From the IMG/VR virus record IMGVR_UViG_3300042866_001374: a stretch of 64,000 nucleotides of DNA; one strand, written 5' to 3'. The notes under the pieces were generated by a model. That model did not search any database and was not told where the DNA came from. It saw only the letters and a list, made by a program, of their open reading frames with translations. Source of the stretch: an uncultured virus (IMG/VR IMGVR_UViG_3300042866_001374) (Duplodnaviria; Heunggongvirae; Uroviricota; Caudoviricetes). Every line of letters begins with the position of its first letter. Position 1 is the stretch's first letter. Shown piece after piece: positions 33,301-41,801 of the stretch. Both the position numbers and the translations under genes were made by a program.

Positions 33301-36300
33301 ATTCTGGAGTTTTACAATATCTTCCATTGTGTATATCTAAATCTCCATTGTTAGTGAATTCATAATCTTGTATAAAATATCCTGGTGGGAAAGATGATGT
33401 TGATGGTCTATATGCTTGTAAGTTTAATTCATACCCACTATTTAATCTTACAACAGCACCTCCCTCTTTATCCGCATATCCGTATGGTCCATAAATTGGA
33501 TTTCCATCATATGCCCACCCTATGATAGGTGAATGATATTTAACTGGATTGTTATCATTCTCAATATCCTCCCGATAAACAGTATTACCAACAAGATCTA
33601 AAGAAGTTGCTAGTAATTTTTTACGCAGTTCTCTAGCAGCATATGCGTGAGTAAACTGTAAACCTCTTTCTGATGCAAGGGGTGTAGTGATTATTCCATC
33701 ATCTGAATTTACTTGATCTGATTGGAAAATTCTTTCAACAACATTAATATTCCAAGATTTAATTTTAGCTTCAAATCTAGCATTGCTTCCTGTTGGAACT
33801 ACTTTTACAGTAGTATCTACTTGAGAATAATTAAATCCACTTTCAATAATTTTTACGTCTACAATTGCTCCATTAACAATTATTGGAACCAATATTGCAC
33901 CAGAACCAGAACCTAAAACTTCTAGTAATGGTGGTGAATTATAATTTGAACCAGGATTATTTACAATAGCACCAATAATTTTACCTTGAGAAGATACAAT
34001 AACACTTATTTGTGCATTTTCTCCATTTAATAAACTTATGTCAGGTTGTCTATTGTAATTTACAACGTTTGGATCTCCATAATTATCACCTTTATTTTTT
34101 AATGATACTGATTGTATTGAACCAGTAAATATTGGTCTAACCTTAGCATTGAAGTCTTGACCAGCAAAAGTTGTGACTCCAATTGGGGATTCAATTTTTA
34201 AAGTAATTGATTGATACTTTATACTATGCTGCCCCAATCCACCATCATTAAAATCAATAAATCTTCTATTAACATAATTATAGTCACTAGATATAGTACT
34301 ACCAACACCAACAGGTTCAACACTAGCAACTCTGAAAGTATTTTTATCAACTACTTTTACATAATATTCAGAATTTGTATTTAATCCAACAGGTAATACA
34401 CCATCAGAGTTAAAAAGAATAATTTCTTTGTCAGTATATCCGTGATTTATTATTTTAATTGTATTATTAAAAGTACTGATAGAATCTTTATCAAAAAATA
34501 AAGTCTTATTTGTATAATTTCTACCAGGGGTAATTACTTCTATTGATGAAATTACTTTCTTCTTATCCGAAGAAGTTAATTTCTGTAATCCTTCGCCATA
34601 TGAACCAAGAATAACAGTATTTATTCCAGTAATGGCATCATCTAAAGTATTATGTAATTTAATTTTAGTTGGTGTAATTATTTTAACAAAATAAATGGCA
34701 TCATCAACTAAATTACTAATCTTAGGTTGATTCTGTGAATTATAAATTACTCTTTCAAAATCTCTAAATTTATGATAAGTAGTGAAACCTATACTATTTT
34801 CAGATAAATTTACCTGGTCATATAAACTTCCAGCATTAAATGATACCGAATGAATTATTTTAGATAAGTTTGCCTTTGCTTCGGCACCAGTACCGTTTCC
34901 GCCAGAAATTGTAATTTTTGGTTCGTCTGTATAATCAAATCCTTTATCTAAAATATTAATTCTAGATAAAGTTCCTACAACATTACAAATTCCCTCAGCA
35001 CCAGATCCAAAAATAGTATTTCCAACACCAACATTATCCGATATAACCATCACAGGAGGGTTGATAACGTCGTAATTAGCATCTCCCACGGAAGAAACTA
35101 CTATTTCTTCAATTGGACCAGAATAAATGGTATCAGAAGATTTATAATTTAATGCTTCAACACCATTTAAAAACAATCCAACAGTTCCTGGTTTTGTAAT
35201 TCTATTTTCAATGATATCATCATCAACACTAGGAGAGAATTTTCTAATTATGTCTTGAGACTGTAATCTCCTATTATAATACTTCAATAATGATATTTTA
35301 TTATTAAGTACAGTACCAAAAACGTAAACGAACTGACCACTTCTAATATTAGCTCTACTGGTAGCTAATCTTATTGTGCTGGAGTTTACTTTATAAACAA
35401 AATAAGGTCCCTCTGCAATATTTAACCCAACATTATTATTTCTAGAATAATATACTGCCTCGCCACTAATAAAAGAGTTAGAACCAATATTAATATCAAA
35501 TCCATCATACTGTCCAGTAAAAGTTACAGACAAATCTTCAACAATTATTGGAGTATTATAATAATTTGGCAGAGAAGAACTTACAACGTAAGTGTCATCA
35601 TCGTCTGTATATACATTTTGAATATCTGCTGATATAATATTAATTTCTGGTTGATTATTACTCTTAGTTTTTGATATACCCTTTCTAATAGAATATCTTA
35701 CATCAGATGTATTAATTCTAGTAGTTAAGTTTACGTCAAATTCGTACTTATTTGATACCGCGATTACAAAAATATCATATTGATTACCATCACTACCTTT
35801 TATGGTTCCAATATCACCCAAAGTGAAGATATTGGGGTCATATGTTTTTATTCTATATTGTGCTGCTCCATTTAATTTTAATGCAACCTGAGTAATTTGT
35901 TCAATTTCATACTCTGGTGATACATTATTAATCCAACTGCTTCTTATTTGCTCCTCACTATCTGCACCTAAAGAAACAATTTCAACCTGGTCTTCTAATT
36001 CATAATAATATGAAGATTCTCTATCTAATTCCAAATCTCCAAGAACACCTGTAATCTTAACTCTAATTTGGTCTCCAGATTCTGAAATTGCATACGCATA
36101 ATCTGGAGTTGTTATATCTTGATTTAAATTTATTGCAATAGGAGAAGACAATCCAAAAAATTGTGTGCAACTTTTACCACTATATGTAAATTTATATTCT
36201 ACATTATTATCAAATACTACAAGTGTTCCTGAGTTTGTAAAGCTCAGTGTTGAATCAACATCAAGATAAGTCTGTCCAAGACCTACTGGATTGGTAATTT

Positions 36301-37213
36301 TTGTTTTTGGGTGTACTGTAAAATTAAATGTTTCTAACTCTGGATTATAGTCCAAACTTAATCTAAAGTACTCTTCACCGTCTTTAAAAAGTTGCTCTAC
36401 ATTAGTAATAGATCCAGCTGCTTTTGGAATGGTTTGAGTCTCATCTTGATATAATGTTTTATTAACTAACTCTTGAGGATTTCCAGATAATCTTTTAATA
36501 ACAAGATCTCTAGTAATTCTATAATCAGCATCAGATGGTTGAATTAAGAAATCTCTAGGTTTAATGATTTGTACGGGTGAACCCCAAATGGATTTAAATA
36601 AAATATCAAAAGAACTATTTGCTCCTTTTGAAGCGTAAAAATCTTTTAAGTTTGATACTAATATTTTTTCATTTAGTTCTTTATAAAATTCAATATCTTC
36701 AAATCCTGGAGCGTATTGATATTTAAATTTTTTATAAAGTTCTGCTAAAAATAAGGAATGTAAATTATATACAATTGTATTACCTGTATGTGCGTCTATA
36801 ATACTTGTACTAAAAGTCAGAGTTTCACTTTCTGGACTTGTATAGGTGGTAATTCCACTAAACCCTCTTTTACAATTTAAAAAAGTGGTTTGGTTTTTGG
36901 ATTCATATAGAATTATTTCATTATCAATTTGTAAAAGACCATTATATAATGGGAATCCATCAGTGCTACTCACACTAATATCAACCGCACCGTAATCAAC
37001 ATTTGCGGTTAATTCAGTATAATAAGTTAATTCTGTTATATTATCTAATTTGGTATATTCATCAATATTATTTAAAATATCTACAGGACCACCAGGAAAC
37101 TCTAAAGAATCATAGTAATCTTTTAAAAACTCTACAAATTCTGGATACCCATCCCTAACAAAACTGGGAAGTTGGTCAGAAACTAAATTTTTAATATTAA
37201 CTCTGTTCTTCAT
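24350..37213 (-). CDS. gp7: Giant baseplate wedge initiator (4287 aa)
   Basis: QLPSFV...FLKDYY, KDFYASKG..SFDILF, HSPIIGWAYDGNPIYGPYG, DNDYYQYFSYSV, HTAGFKKFS; located between gp6 and gp8. Confidence 0.85.
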   Translation of the reverse strand: MKNRVNIKNLVSDQLPSFVRDGYPEFVEFLKDYYDSLEFPGGPVDILNNIDEYTKLDNITELTYYTELTANVDYGAVDISVSSTDGFPLYNGLLQIDNEIILYESKNQTTFLNCKRGFSGITTYTSPESETLTFSTSIIDAHTGNTIVYNLHSLFLAELYKKFKYQYAPGFEDIEFYKELNEKILVSNLKDFYASKGANSSFDILFKSIWGSPVQIIKPRDFLIQPSDADYRITRDLVIKRLSGNPQELVNKTLYQDETQTIPKAAGSITNVEQLFKDGEEYFRLSLDYNPELETFNFTVHPKTKITNPVGLGQTYLDVDSTLSFTNSGTLVVFDNNVEYKFTYSGKSCTQFFGLSSPIAINLNQDITTPDYAYAISESGDQIRVKITGVLGDLELDRESSYYYELEDQVEIVSLGADSEEQIRSSWINNVSPEYEIEQITQVALKLNGAAQYRIKTYDPNIFTLGDIGTIKGSDGNQYDIFVIAVSNKYEFDVNLTTRINTSDVRYSIRKGISKTKSNNQPEINIISADIQNVYTDDDDTYVVSSSLPNYYNTPIIVEDLSVTFTGQYDGFDINIGSNSFISGEAVYYSRNNNVGLNIAEGPYFVYKVNSSTIRLATSRANIRSGQFVYVFGTVLNNKISLLKYYNRRLQSQDIIRKFSPSVDDDIIENRITKPGTVGLFLNGVEALNYKSSDTIYSGPIEEIVVSSVGDANYDVINPPVMVISDNVGVGNTIFGSGAEGICNVVGTLSRINILDKGFDYTDEPKITISGGNGTGAEAKANLSKIIHSVSFNAGSLYDQVNLSENSIGFTTYHKFRDFERVIYNSQNQPKISNLVDDAIYFVKIITPTKIKLHNTLDDAITGINTVILGSYGEGLQKLTSSDKKKVISSIEVITPGRNYTNKTLFFDKDSISTFNNTIKIINHGYTDKEIILFNSDGVLPVGLNTNSEYYVKVVDKNTFRVASVEPVGVGSTISSDYNYVNRRFIDFNDGGLGQHSIKYQSITLKIESPIGVTTFAGQDFNAKVRPIFTGSIQSVSLKNKGDNYGDPNVVNYNRQPDISLLNGENAQISVIVSSQGKIIGAIVNNPGSNYNSPPLLEVLGSGSGAILVPIIVNGAIVDVKIIESGFNYSQVDTTVKVVPTGSNARFEAKIKSWNINVVERIFQSDQVNSDDGIITTPLASERGLQFTHAYAARELRKKLLATSLDLVGNTVYREDIENDNNPVKYHSPIIGWAYDGNPIYGPYGYADKEGGAVVRLNSGYELNLQAYRPSTSSFPPGYFIQDYEFTNNGDLDIHNGRYCKTPEFPNGVYAYFATVNSIKNASGPFNGFLKPVFPYIIGDTFKSKIIDYNFDQYSNLSFVDLNNTGWIRYTTPLGLLLNKTRYQGFIQPDTFSRGFTEVSSVSSGELTELQIISPGDNYSIQDNIFFNSQGTGGSGAYARISEIKGRDVSSISYSFSKLVDVEFTPFGSLGKFVGFASTSHSLINGDIVSVQNLNILSTNFASSYVVGISTNTLTLSNNTPNASQTGIVTYLNVSGNLNFPVASVNDVYKIGPERVKIINVYPQDSRIKVYRSFGGSTSIAHTAGDSLIELSRKITFNSGFSTSTEYKLNSEYYFDPRESAIIPSENLILYSNPIPPSLVPTAWDYYSVGVGTGSVEYFSDNSPDGSNNAAKVAFASTTGSSDAFGIKYESVSLSSGNNTFSVFLRGHTGGEQVYFILDDGGSYYSQLVTLTTNWRRYSLTVLTGAGLHRIRIGTYGPQGLTLNSSPTFYVWGAQVELGSLTSSYYSTSGSPLSRASQKSGLLFFSNPGVTQKKGIKTIPNTFYLPNHGFKTGDKVKYNVGHGYTGVSVSYGTTTTPLLNSQTLYIASYDSDFIGVSTQRIGIGSTGGFVGIGSDVLEIFKIANYGTGEVHSIKTDLPLTIRGDVYKKTATVITEREHGLTNGDIVDLKVISGVSTNFYVTYDDINRRMLINPRSFIDTDINLSRNTITIPNHGLINGQKVIYNSATPSAGLVNSKLYYIVVSDDNTILLSNYYYDIISSNDAIEIVEIGTQAAGTIAPVNPELFGVKNSTLVFDLSDPTLASNSVPAFEFNFYFDALFQKEFYTTDSNKGAFNIRKSGVIGEPGAKLELVIDDFVPSSLYYNLTPIDYSGATASKLEIISDKFNIKNGNKLSLINSKFNEITPVSGITTNSFTYALEQTPERINYNKTEAKINYTTKSSSAIGPVAKINIDSGGRNYIRLPNVAQVVSGLGTAALFLPRSKTIGKVNSVVLTDIGFDYPSDKTLRPLANFPYTYKIEPLSKFKRIQIVNPGINYFVAPQLAVVDGFTGRVNTEVSLEYDIGDTEVRVVRNTTGLYNVTPKIIPINNPNGVRIDNIVFDPGTLNVTVSFAVTFASSQDYPFIVGEKIIVENTNVDINFGGRGYNSAAYDYRLFRITAADPDIGGDNPTLTFNLTGFLSPGEDPGLFDGFESFGTATPESYFPIFDIDLEKDSFRDGEIIVAQDGNFGIVQSYDRRNEYLKIRSKKIFKVDDLIIGSSSQNKGLISSVDGIRAKYLIDSNSITKKGWLRETGKLNQSFQRLHDNDYYQYFSYSVRSPIEYQVWNPLVSNLTHTAGFKKFSELIIDSYDPTVGGISTAQNLNALVAISDLTEIVDLNSIKDFDIAREKSIQVNDTLVSNEILFNLPFLAQYQEFIGNRVLTVDDFSDQFNGVQRGFELKSGNYPIFEVTLNGSDPNLISFTDGTLNLTNHYFVSGEEIEYIPPDNDFTKAIKITPTNFGPGIGTTSFLPSKFIVIKQDNQKIRVAVSATDALLFNPIGVGITGVGIGSTHTFRSISPNNRMLVTINGTIQSPLVGTAYTIATTSSVGIGTTNINVVGVTSIFSGDLIQIDNEIMLVSAVNSVTNVLNVKRAWMGTTETTHTTNTVVTKFVGNYNVAQNKLHFSEPMWGNIPVGFGTTATSANDVDYTGLTTSSRFSGRVFLRSALTQAFTTSFIKAYDNNYVFDDISSQFNGITTTFTLKYQGNDIDNITSDNTIILINDIFQGPQRLGNVLTNIPGDYKLISGGGQLQVGFGGPIANPSITNDINVNNTPRGGIIVSVGSTEGFGYQPLVAAGGTALVSSAGTITQISIGNSGSGYRSGLQTVKVGIQTASYGSANITYIGIASVLDGHIVGVAITNSKVFYVPRQVTNIGYSSITGVTTVTTSTPHGLQLGEEISIVGAAFTCDYYPPIGVSTAIYDNLTGIMTVTTVGLTTLNVVNFTYDNTTGLSTVVTSQPHNLITQTAIGRSFSLAGLALTCVGYGQTFAVYDFIYDNTTGLSTVFIVGNHGLNPGDNFKMRELEFSCTGPSGVTTTIFPDGTQGYFFTVNTVGTTTSFTVNVGASTIPHTYVSGGVVQVGINTDIFPGDLTVSPLGNTFKVLSAPDYYTFTFNSGISTIPHSYVSGGTLTLGHKLKVGTDIILTGLGFTGSLGIVTHPNINTTDYCGTQVTRINNISQFELNVGVGSTPLTYVSGGTVEEIIIAPRQINNSPTGQDPAANGTGVVKIVDDYTFIINSGTSPYTHFYKKCGSVTKPLDVIFDNPLNYYNIPLIYKQGVVGFGTGATVDLVPSQDSTILNFEINNFGYGYGSGEILTVAIGGTTGIPTTGISTFKNFELTIDRTYQSKFSGWNVGEFIVLDDISVYFNGRRRLFPLTINGESISFFAKANSGINLQSNLLVFINDTLQTPGEGYQFNGGSTLRFTEAPKGAVAGFSTIGDKAKVLMYTGTQSIDVKTVDVLPSVKVGDDVQLYSDTDDTFTEEQRLVMDVVSADKIITNNYGGQGVTLNELFSRPISWFKQTVDKIIDNEFVGKDRIYYEPIINPSTNIIESVGIGSTYVFVYNIRPLFDDSFEGIPLQERSIIEIINQENLDTATATATIGAGGSISNITITNPGYGYTIAPEITVQRPYGFGTQATASATIGAGGSITSITVGTGGTNYYYGPLGSLSISQQGSGFPPLQVGQNTFYNAKLKSQSGIGRGATADIQISVLNFNIASISITNGGANYAVGDILYVDTFDNVGLATTSRKWALRSPMKFSVSSILPPPVLIAPPKRSVEEVIRVDYEGDYGIIVGVGTTSCSGVTTCLGLELDLFIPLDSRIRKSLNISKTGITTGYLFNVVDSGFGTAPQTSLRSDGSILGISTQFVNMTFECTHWYTKQAVIPPGISGLASTVGIATTVTTVVVKLLNNPPSNIVGFGTTAFYGKYTWGKINMPVRVSPAEFLAQHGTKQSGIGTNPVIRRKNSLKYLGYLG

Positions 37214-37217
37214 GTTC

Positions 37218-39122
37218 TTACAGTCTTATGAACTCGCCGTTTAAGTAGCTAGATGATACTATGTATTGTGATCCTGATATATCAATTCCAGAAGAGATTA
37301 CATCATTAATCATATTTACCATAGATTTAGAATTGTCTAATTGTAAGTATAAATCTTGTTTACCAATAACATCATTAGATTTTGGTATAGCAGAAAATTC
37401 AACTATATTATCACCAAAAGATTTTTTACTAGTTGCTATAATATTCAAAGCATTTATTTTAATCTCACCTTTTTTATAATCTATAGTTCCAACTTTTCTT
37501 CTAACAATAACTGGTTGATTTGAAGCATCCAATTTAAATAAAAATACTGCTCCAAATCCTTCAGCATGTGGAATGTCTGAAAGATAAACTGTACCAGTAA
37601 TTCCATCAACAGAAAATCCACTTGTTTTAAAATTATACCCACTTGGATTTTTGATATGGAATTCATTACCAAAGCAGATTTCATATTCGGTAAATTGACC
37701 TAATATAATTTTCAAGTCTCTCCTTATTTGTAAGGTTGTAATATTTGATGTAATTGCTATAGAAGAATCATCAATTAATTTTAGGAATTTGCTATACTTG
37801 AATCTAGATCCATATCTATTTAACTCATCAGATTTAGCGAATTTTTCTAATGTTTGTTGGACTTGAGTTTTTAAAAAATCTGCATTACCTTGATTACTAT
37901 TGTAGTAAACTTTTGTTTGATATTCAATATACAAATACTTTAAATCTATAAATTCTGGAATTATTCCCGCAACTGCATACTTTCTAAGAGTTGTTTTTAA
38001 GTTATCTTTAATAGCATTTGGCAAATATGAACCGTTTTTTGGTTTAACTGTAATATATACTTTGCCAAATTTTGGGGGGTCCAATTCTTCTCCACCATAA
38101 ACAGATACAGATTCTGTTTCTGGATAAATTAATGGTATTAGTGATTCATAATCTGATGCAGTAACTGCTCTATTTTGTGAAGAGTATACTCTTGGAGCTA
38201 ATTTTTTAATCGATGCGATGGATTCGATATCTGACCCATATCCTGCCGCTTCTACGGTTGTTAATAGGGGTTCATCAACGGTAACTGGACTGCCGTTGTT
38301 ATCTACTAGTCTTCCAGCAAAACTAAAAGCATTTATACCGTTTGCAATTGTTCCATTAGTTGTAACGTAACTTACCAAAATAAAGTTATCGTTTTCTAAT
38401 TTGCTGCCAAATGTATTATCTCCAAAAATTAATTCATATCTCTGGTCTTCAATTTCATTTAAGAAAAATACATCATCTGTTGATTTGACTGCAGTTAAAT
38501 TATCGGCAAATTTATAAACTCTAGAAATATTACTATTTTTACTTTCTCTAACAGTAACTCTTATCAAACTGGTATCAATATTTTCATTGTTTAAAATAAA
38601 TCTTTGATTTTTATTTAAACTATTTACGGTAAAGTTGTCTTCAATATAAGAACCTTCATAAATTACAATATTATCAAAAGTAGCGATTCCATTTGATACA
38701 GGAACTGTTACATCGTCAGGAATTGAATAGATATAATTTAAATTTGAGAATGATGCATTAGATGTTGCAACTATTCCTTTACGTAAAGTAATTGAAATTG
38801 GATTTGTGGCAAATCCAGAAAGATTTACAAAGAATGATATCTTTGCTCTAGAAGATCTTACTGATCTTGGTAGATACCCTAAATTTCTAGCAAGAGAAAC
38901 TACATTTTCTCTTAGAGTTGCTCCATCTAAGAATACCTCATTAGTTAACATATTTGCATTATATGAACTAATGTAAGTATTATATGCTAGGGTATCAATT
39001 AAAATACTAAAATTTGATCCTTCAAAATCATAATCTGTAAATCTACCATCAGCTCTCAAGAAACTTTTGATAGATTCCCTTATATCATTAAAATCTAGTG
39101 ATGATACGTTAACTAATGACAT
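37218..39122 (-). CDS. gp6: Baseplate wedge subunit
   Basis: LDFNDIRESIK, FTDYDFEGS, LAYNTY, RENVVSLARNLGY, QNRAVTASDY. Confidence 0.97.
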   Translation of the reverse strand: MSLVNVSSLDFNDIRESIKSFLRADGRFTDYDFEGSNFSILIDTLAYNTYISSYNANMLTNEVFLDGATLRENVVSLARNLGYLPRSVRSSRAKISFFVNLSGFATNPISITLRKGIVATSNASFSNLNYIYSIPDDVTVPVSNGIATFDNIVIYEGSYIEDNFTVNSLNKNQRFILNNENIDTSLIRVTVRESKNSNISRVYKFADNLTAVKSTDDVFFLNEIEDQRYELIFGDNTFGSKLENDNFILVSYVTTNGTIANGINAFSFAGRLVDNNGSPVTVDEPLLTTVEAAGYGSDIESIASIKKLAPRVYSSQNRAVTASDYESLIPLIYPETESVSVYGGEELDPPKFGKVYITVKPKNGSYLPNAIKDNLKTTLRKYAVAGIIPEFIDLKYLYIEYQTKVYYNSNQGNADFLKTQVQQTLEKFAKSDELNRYGSRFKYSKFLKLIDDSSIAITSNITTLQIRRDLKIILGQFTEYEICFGNEFHIKNPSGYNFKTSGFSVDGITGTVYLSDIPHAEGFGAVFLFKLDASNQPVIVRRKVGTIDYKKGEIKINALNIIATSKKSFGDNIVEFSAIPKSNDVIGKQDLYLQLDNSKSMVNMINDVISSGIDISGSQYIVSSSYLNGEFIRL

Positions 39123-39524
39123 TTATCTGGTTGGCAGTAATACAAATTCTAGTTGTTGTGGTAGGGCATCTATTCCAACTATTAAATATATCACTTTAAC
39201 ATCCATTGCTCCTTCATCATAATTTGGAGTTACAGTAACTTCAACTAATTCAACCCTAGGTTCATTATTCCTTATAACACTTTCTATTTCGCTTTTTAAT
39301 AATTCTGCGGTAGAAAAATCAATATTTTCAAATAATAATGCATTTGTGAGAGTTCCAATAGTAGGTTCAAAAAATTTCTCCCCTCTAGAGGTCAATACCA
39401 AATTCTGGACCGAACGTGCTATGGCAGATTCATTCTTTAAAATAGATAAGTCTCTCGTCAGAGGATTTGCCCTTAACGAGAGACTAATATCCTTAAATCC
39501 AACACTAATACGCTCTAGCGGCAT
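39123..39524 (-). CDS. gp25: Baseplate wedge / sheath initiator
   Basis: FKDISLS, AIARSVQNLVLT..GEKFFEP.IG, NEPRV. Confidence 0.95.
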   Translation of the reverse strand: MPLERISVGFKDISLSLRANPLTRDLSILKNESAIARSVQNLVLTSRGEKFFEPTIGTLTNALLFENIDFSTAELLKSEIESVIRNNEPRVELVEVTVTPNYDEGAMDVKVIYLIVGIDALPQQLEFVLLPTR

Positions 39525-39546
39525 TATTTCGAGTATTATTATGATT

Positions 39547-39554
39547 TATTTATA
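39547..39554 (-). promoter_or_regulatory. Consensus T4 late promoter TATAAATA
   Basis: Exact TATAAATA on the minus strand 22 nt upstream of gp25. Confidence 0.85.
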
Positions 39555-39562
39555 GTGGTTTT

Positions 39563-39814
39563 TTACCACTTATGTCCCCAACTTGGTTCAGTGCCGTAGG
39601 ACCAATCATCATAATCTTCATCATTACGAATTTTTTCATGAAGTTCATTTTGAACTTCAAAATCATGCTTTTTTGGGGTTTTATCATCGTTTGCGATCTC
39701 TCGCAACATCTTTTTTTCTTTAATTACTTCTGTTGAATTGTAATCTGAGATTAAACTAGTTGTTCCCCACATATTATACATGTAGTTTACATCACGATCT
39801 GCTGGTTTACCCAT
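39563..39814 (-). CDS. Hypothetical protein
   Basis: 83-aa ORF with AGGAGAG SD. Confidence 0.75.
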   Translation of the reverse strand: MGKPADRDVNYMYNMWGTTSLISDYNSTEVIKEKKMLREIANDDKTPKKHDFEVQNELHEKIRNDEDYDDWSYGTEPSWGHKW

Positions 39815-39865
39815 TTTGCTCTCCTGATTTGTTAAATCAGAACTTTTTACGGGGTTGCTATCCCG

Positions 39866-40465
39866 TCAATCAATATAAAAACCAGTTCTTAAGTAATCTT
39901 CATCCTTAATATAGTTATAATTTTTGTCAATTGGTGCATTTTCATCCTTCCAAACTGGTATTGCAACAGTGTTACCATACCTAAAATCTGGGTTTTGTCT
40001 AAAATGAACCTCTATTAGACGATTTCCAATAAATTCACAATTAATATACTCATAACTACCGACCAAATCATTTAAAATTTCAGGAAAAGTAACCTCTTGG
40101 TCCATTCTTTCCCATTTTTCCCATTTATAGAGAGGACTGAATGGTTCTCGTGTACCTAAAACCACCAATTCAGACTTCTTATCCCTAAAATCTACACTTA
40201 AGTGTGGTCCATGGAATATTTCACACCAAAACTCTCCTGGATGGTATTGGTCGGTGTACTTGTAAATCCATTCTTTGCGAGCATACCGACCCATTCCAAG
40301 CATATTCATCATTGGGCGAACAATATAAAAGTCGGGTTTAGGAACTGAAGACCCAATTGGTCCACAAGTATATCCTAAAACCCGACTTAAAAATAATTTA
40401 TTGTAAACCCACAAATCAGAAGTATGAATATTCTCCCACTCTTCCTGTGAATCTAAAAAATACAT
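39866..40465 (-). CDS. Hypothetical protein, ATP-grasp-like
   Basis: YIVRP..N..GMG, FWCEIFHGPHLSVDF, LIEVHFR mirror ATP-grasp motifs; TAAATA at about 40488-40493. Confidence 0.55.
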   Translation of the reverse strand: MYFLDSQEEWENIHTSDLWVYNKLFLSRVLGYTCGPIGSSVPKPDFYIVRPMMNMLGMGRYARKEWIYKYTDQYHPGEFWCEIFHGPHLSVDFRDKKSELVVLGTREPFSPLYKWEKWERMDQEVTFPEILNDLVGSYEYINCEFIGNRLIEVHFRQNPDFRYGNTVAIPVWKDENAPIDKNYNYIKDEDYLRTGFYID

Positions 40466-40490
40466 GAATTATAGTTAATTCTTATAGTAT

Positions 40491-40631
40491 TTAACCTTGT
40501 CCTCTATACCTCTTACGTGCTCCGTTACGAGACGTTGCGGCGTACTTTGTATGTTTACCCATACCTTGCCGAGTTTTTTTGGGTTTTGATTCAATAACAA
40601 CTTTACTAGTCAGTGAAGGTCTTTTTGCCAT
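40491..40631 (-). CDS. 46-aa very basic protein (not in ORF track)
   Basis: Read manually: MAKRPSLTSKVVIESKPKKTRQGMGKHTKYAATSRNGARKRYRGQG*. Confidence 0.75.
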   Translation of the reverse strand: MAKRPSLTSKVVIESKPKKTRQGMGKHTKYAATSRNGARKRYRGQG

Positions 40632-40633
40632 AG

Positions 40634-40804
40634 TTAATTTTCAAATAATGGTTCAAGTGAAATCAAATTGGGGTCGATATCTTCCCCCGAGAAAAAGCGT
40701 TCAGAGAACTCTTGAAGAATCTCAGTACAGTCTTCAAGAGTCATACTCTGATATAACGCTCTACCATTATAACACACGTTATAAAGTTTCTCAGAGGTAC
40801 TCAT
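40634..40804 (-). CDS. 56-aa acidic hypothetical protein (not in ORF track)
   Basis: MSTSEKLYNVCYNG...DPNLISLEPLFEN*; fills the gap between neighbours exactly. Confidence 0.7.
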   Translation of the reverse strand: MSTSEKLYNVCYNGRALYQSMTLEDCTEILQEFSERFFSGEDIDPNLISLEPLFEN

Positions 40805-40805
40805 A

Positions 40806-41591
40806 TCAGATTACGCGAGTCTTCTCATGTCCAACGCGAATCCGTGGGTCACACCACGTTTCAATGCCTGCCTCTTTTGCATCTAGACAGAACGATACGT
40901 CCTCTCCACACATATCTTGAACTGCACCAGATTCAAAGACTTGCATCTTAGGAGCAAACCAAGGATATTCAAGACGTTCAAAGACACCATGACGAATCAT
41001 AACCCATCCAAAACCTGTGTAATCCACGGTGAATGGTTTGCGTCTCTTTGCCATAGATTCAGTGGTTTCATGATTCATAACACCACCGTTCTTACGGAAG
41101 TCATCCTCTTCCAACCAGTGAGCAACTGAAGTAGTTACCCCATCCTCAGTGGCATACCAACCAGCAACGATTTCTTTTTCTTGCTGTGGGATACCTTCTT
41201 TGTCTGGTCCAGGTACTGCGAGATCGCACAGTTGCCAGAATTTTTCTGTATTAAACACAATGTCATTATCAATCCAAAGTTGATAATCGTATTGTAGCTT
41301 ACCGTCCCAAGGAATTTGCTTAGGTCCACGAAGAACGTTTGCACCAAGACACTTGCAACGTGCAAAGTTAACCATGGAAGAATAATCTTGAGAGATCTGA
41401 ATACTCATACCATTTTGTACAAGGTCAAAACACAGTTGTACAAATGATTTCAGAAATTGATAGGAGCAACCACGTCCTGGGAGACAAAAGACGATGCTCT
41501 TGCCCCTCATTCTCTCCCTAATTGCATCATAGTCCCACTGCTCTTGTGGTTGAGTCGGAGCTGTGGCTTTTACGGTGAATCCTTTTGCCAT
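40806..41591 (-). CDS. GT-A/GT2-like glycosyltransferase-fold protein
   Basis: LWIDNDIVF (DxD), GFGWVMIRHGVFE, GEDVSFC, VGHEK. Confidence 0.7.
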   Translation of the reverse strand: MAKGFTVKATAPTQPQEQWDYDAIRERMRGKSIVFCLPGRGCSYQFLKSFVQLCFDLVQNGMSIQISQDYSSMVNFARCKCLGANVLRGPKQIPWDGKLQYDYQLWIDNDIVFNTEKFWQLCDLAVPGPDKEGIPQQEKEIVAGWYATEDGVTTSVAHWLEEDDFRKNGGVMNHETTESMAKRRKPFTVDYTGFGWVMIRHGVFERLEYPWFAPKMQVFESGAVQDMCGEDVSFCLDAKEAGIETWCDPRIRVGHEKTRVI

Positions 41592-41639
41592 GTTAATTAA
41601 GTTTCTTCAGGTCAATTCTAACGTTTAGTTTTTAGTTTG

Positions 41640-41801
41640 TCAATAGGAAGACTCTACCATGAGTTGTCGATTTACTTCGACTTCCTCATAATCAAACTCT
41701 TTGTCTTTGAGTTCTTCCCACTTCTCTATGAATTCGTCTTCAGAGAGAACTGCGTCAACACAATGATTATCTTTGTCATAGATGTGATAAACTTTGTCCA
41801 T
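41640..41801 (-). CDS. Small acidic hypothetical protein
   Basis: MDKVYHIYD... with GAGG SD and TGcTATAAT promoter at about 41836-41844. Confidence 0.7.
   Translation of the reverse strand: MDKVYHIYDKDNHCVDAVLSEDEFIEKWEELKDKEFDYEEVEVNRQLMVESSY

Noticed and set aside
24350..37213. Diversity-generating retroelement target in gp7
   Set aside because: No reverse transcriptase and no template/variable repeat pair with A-specific differences seen
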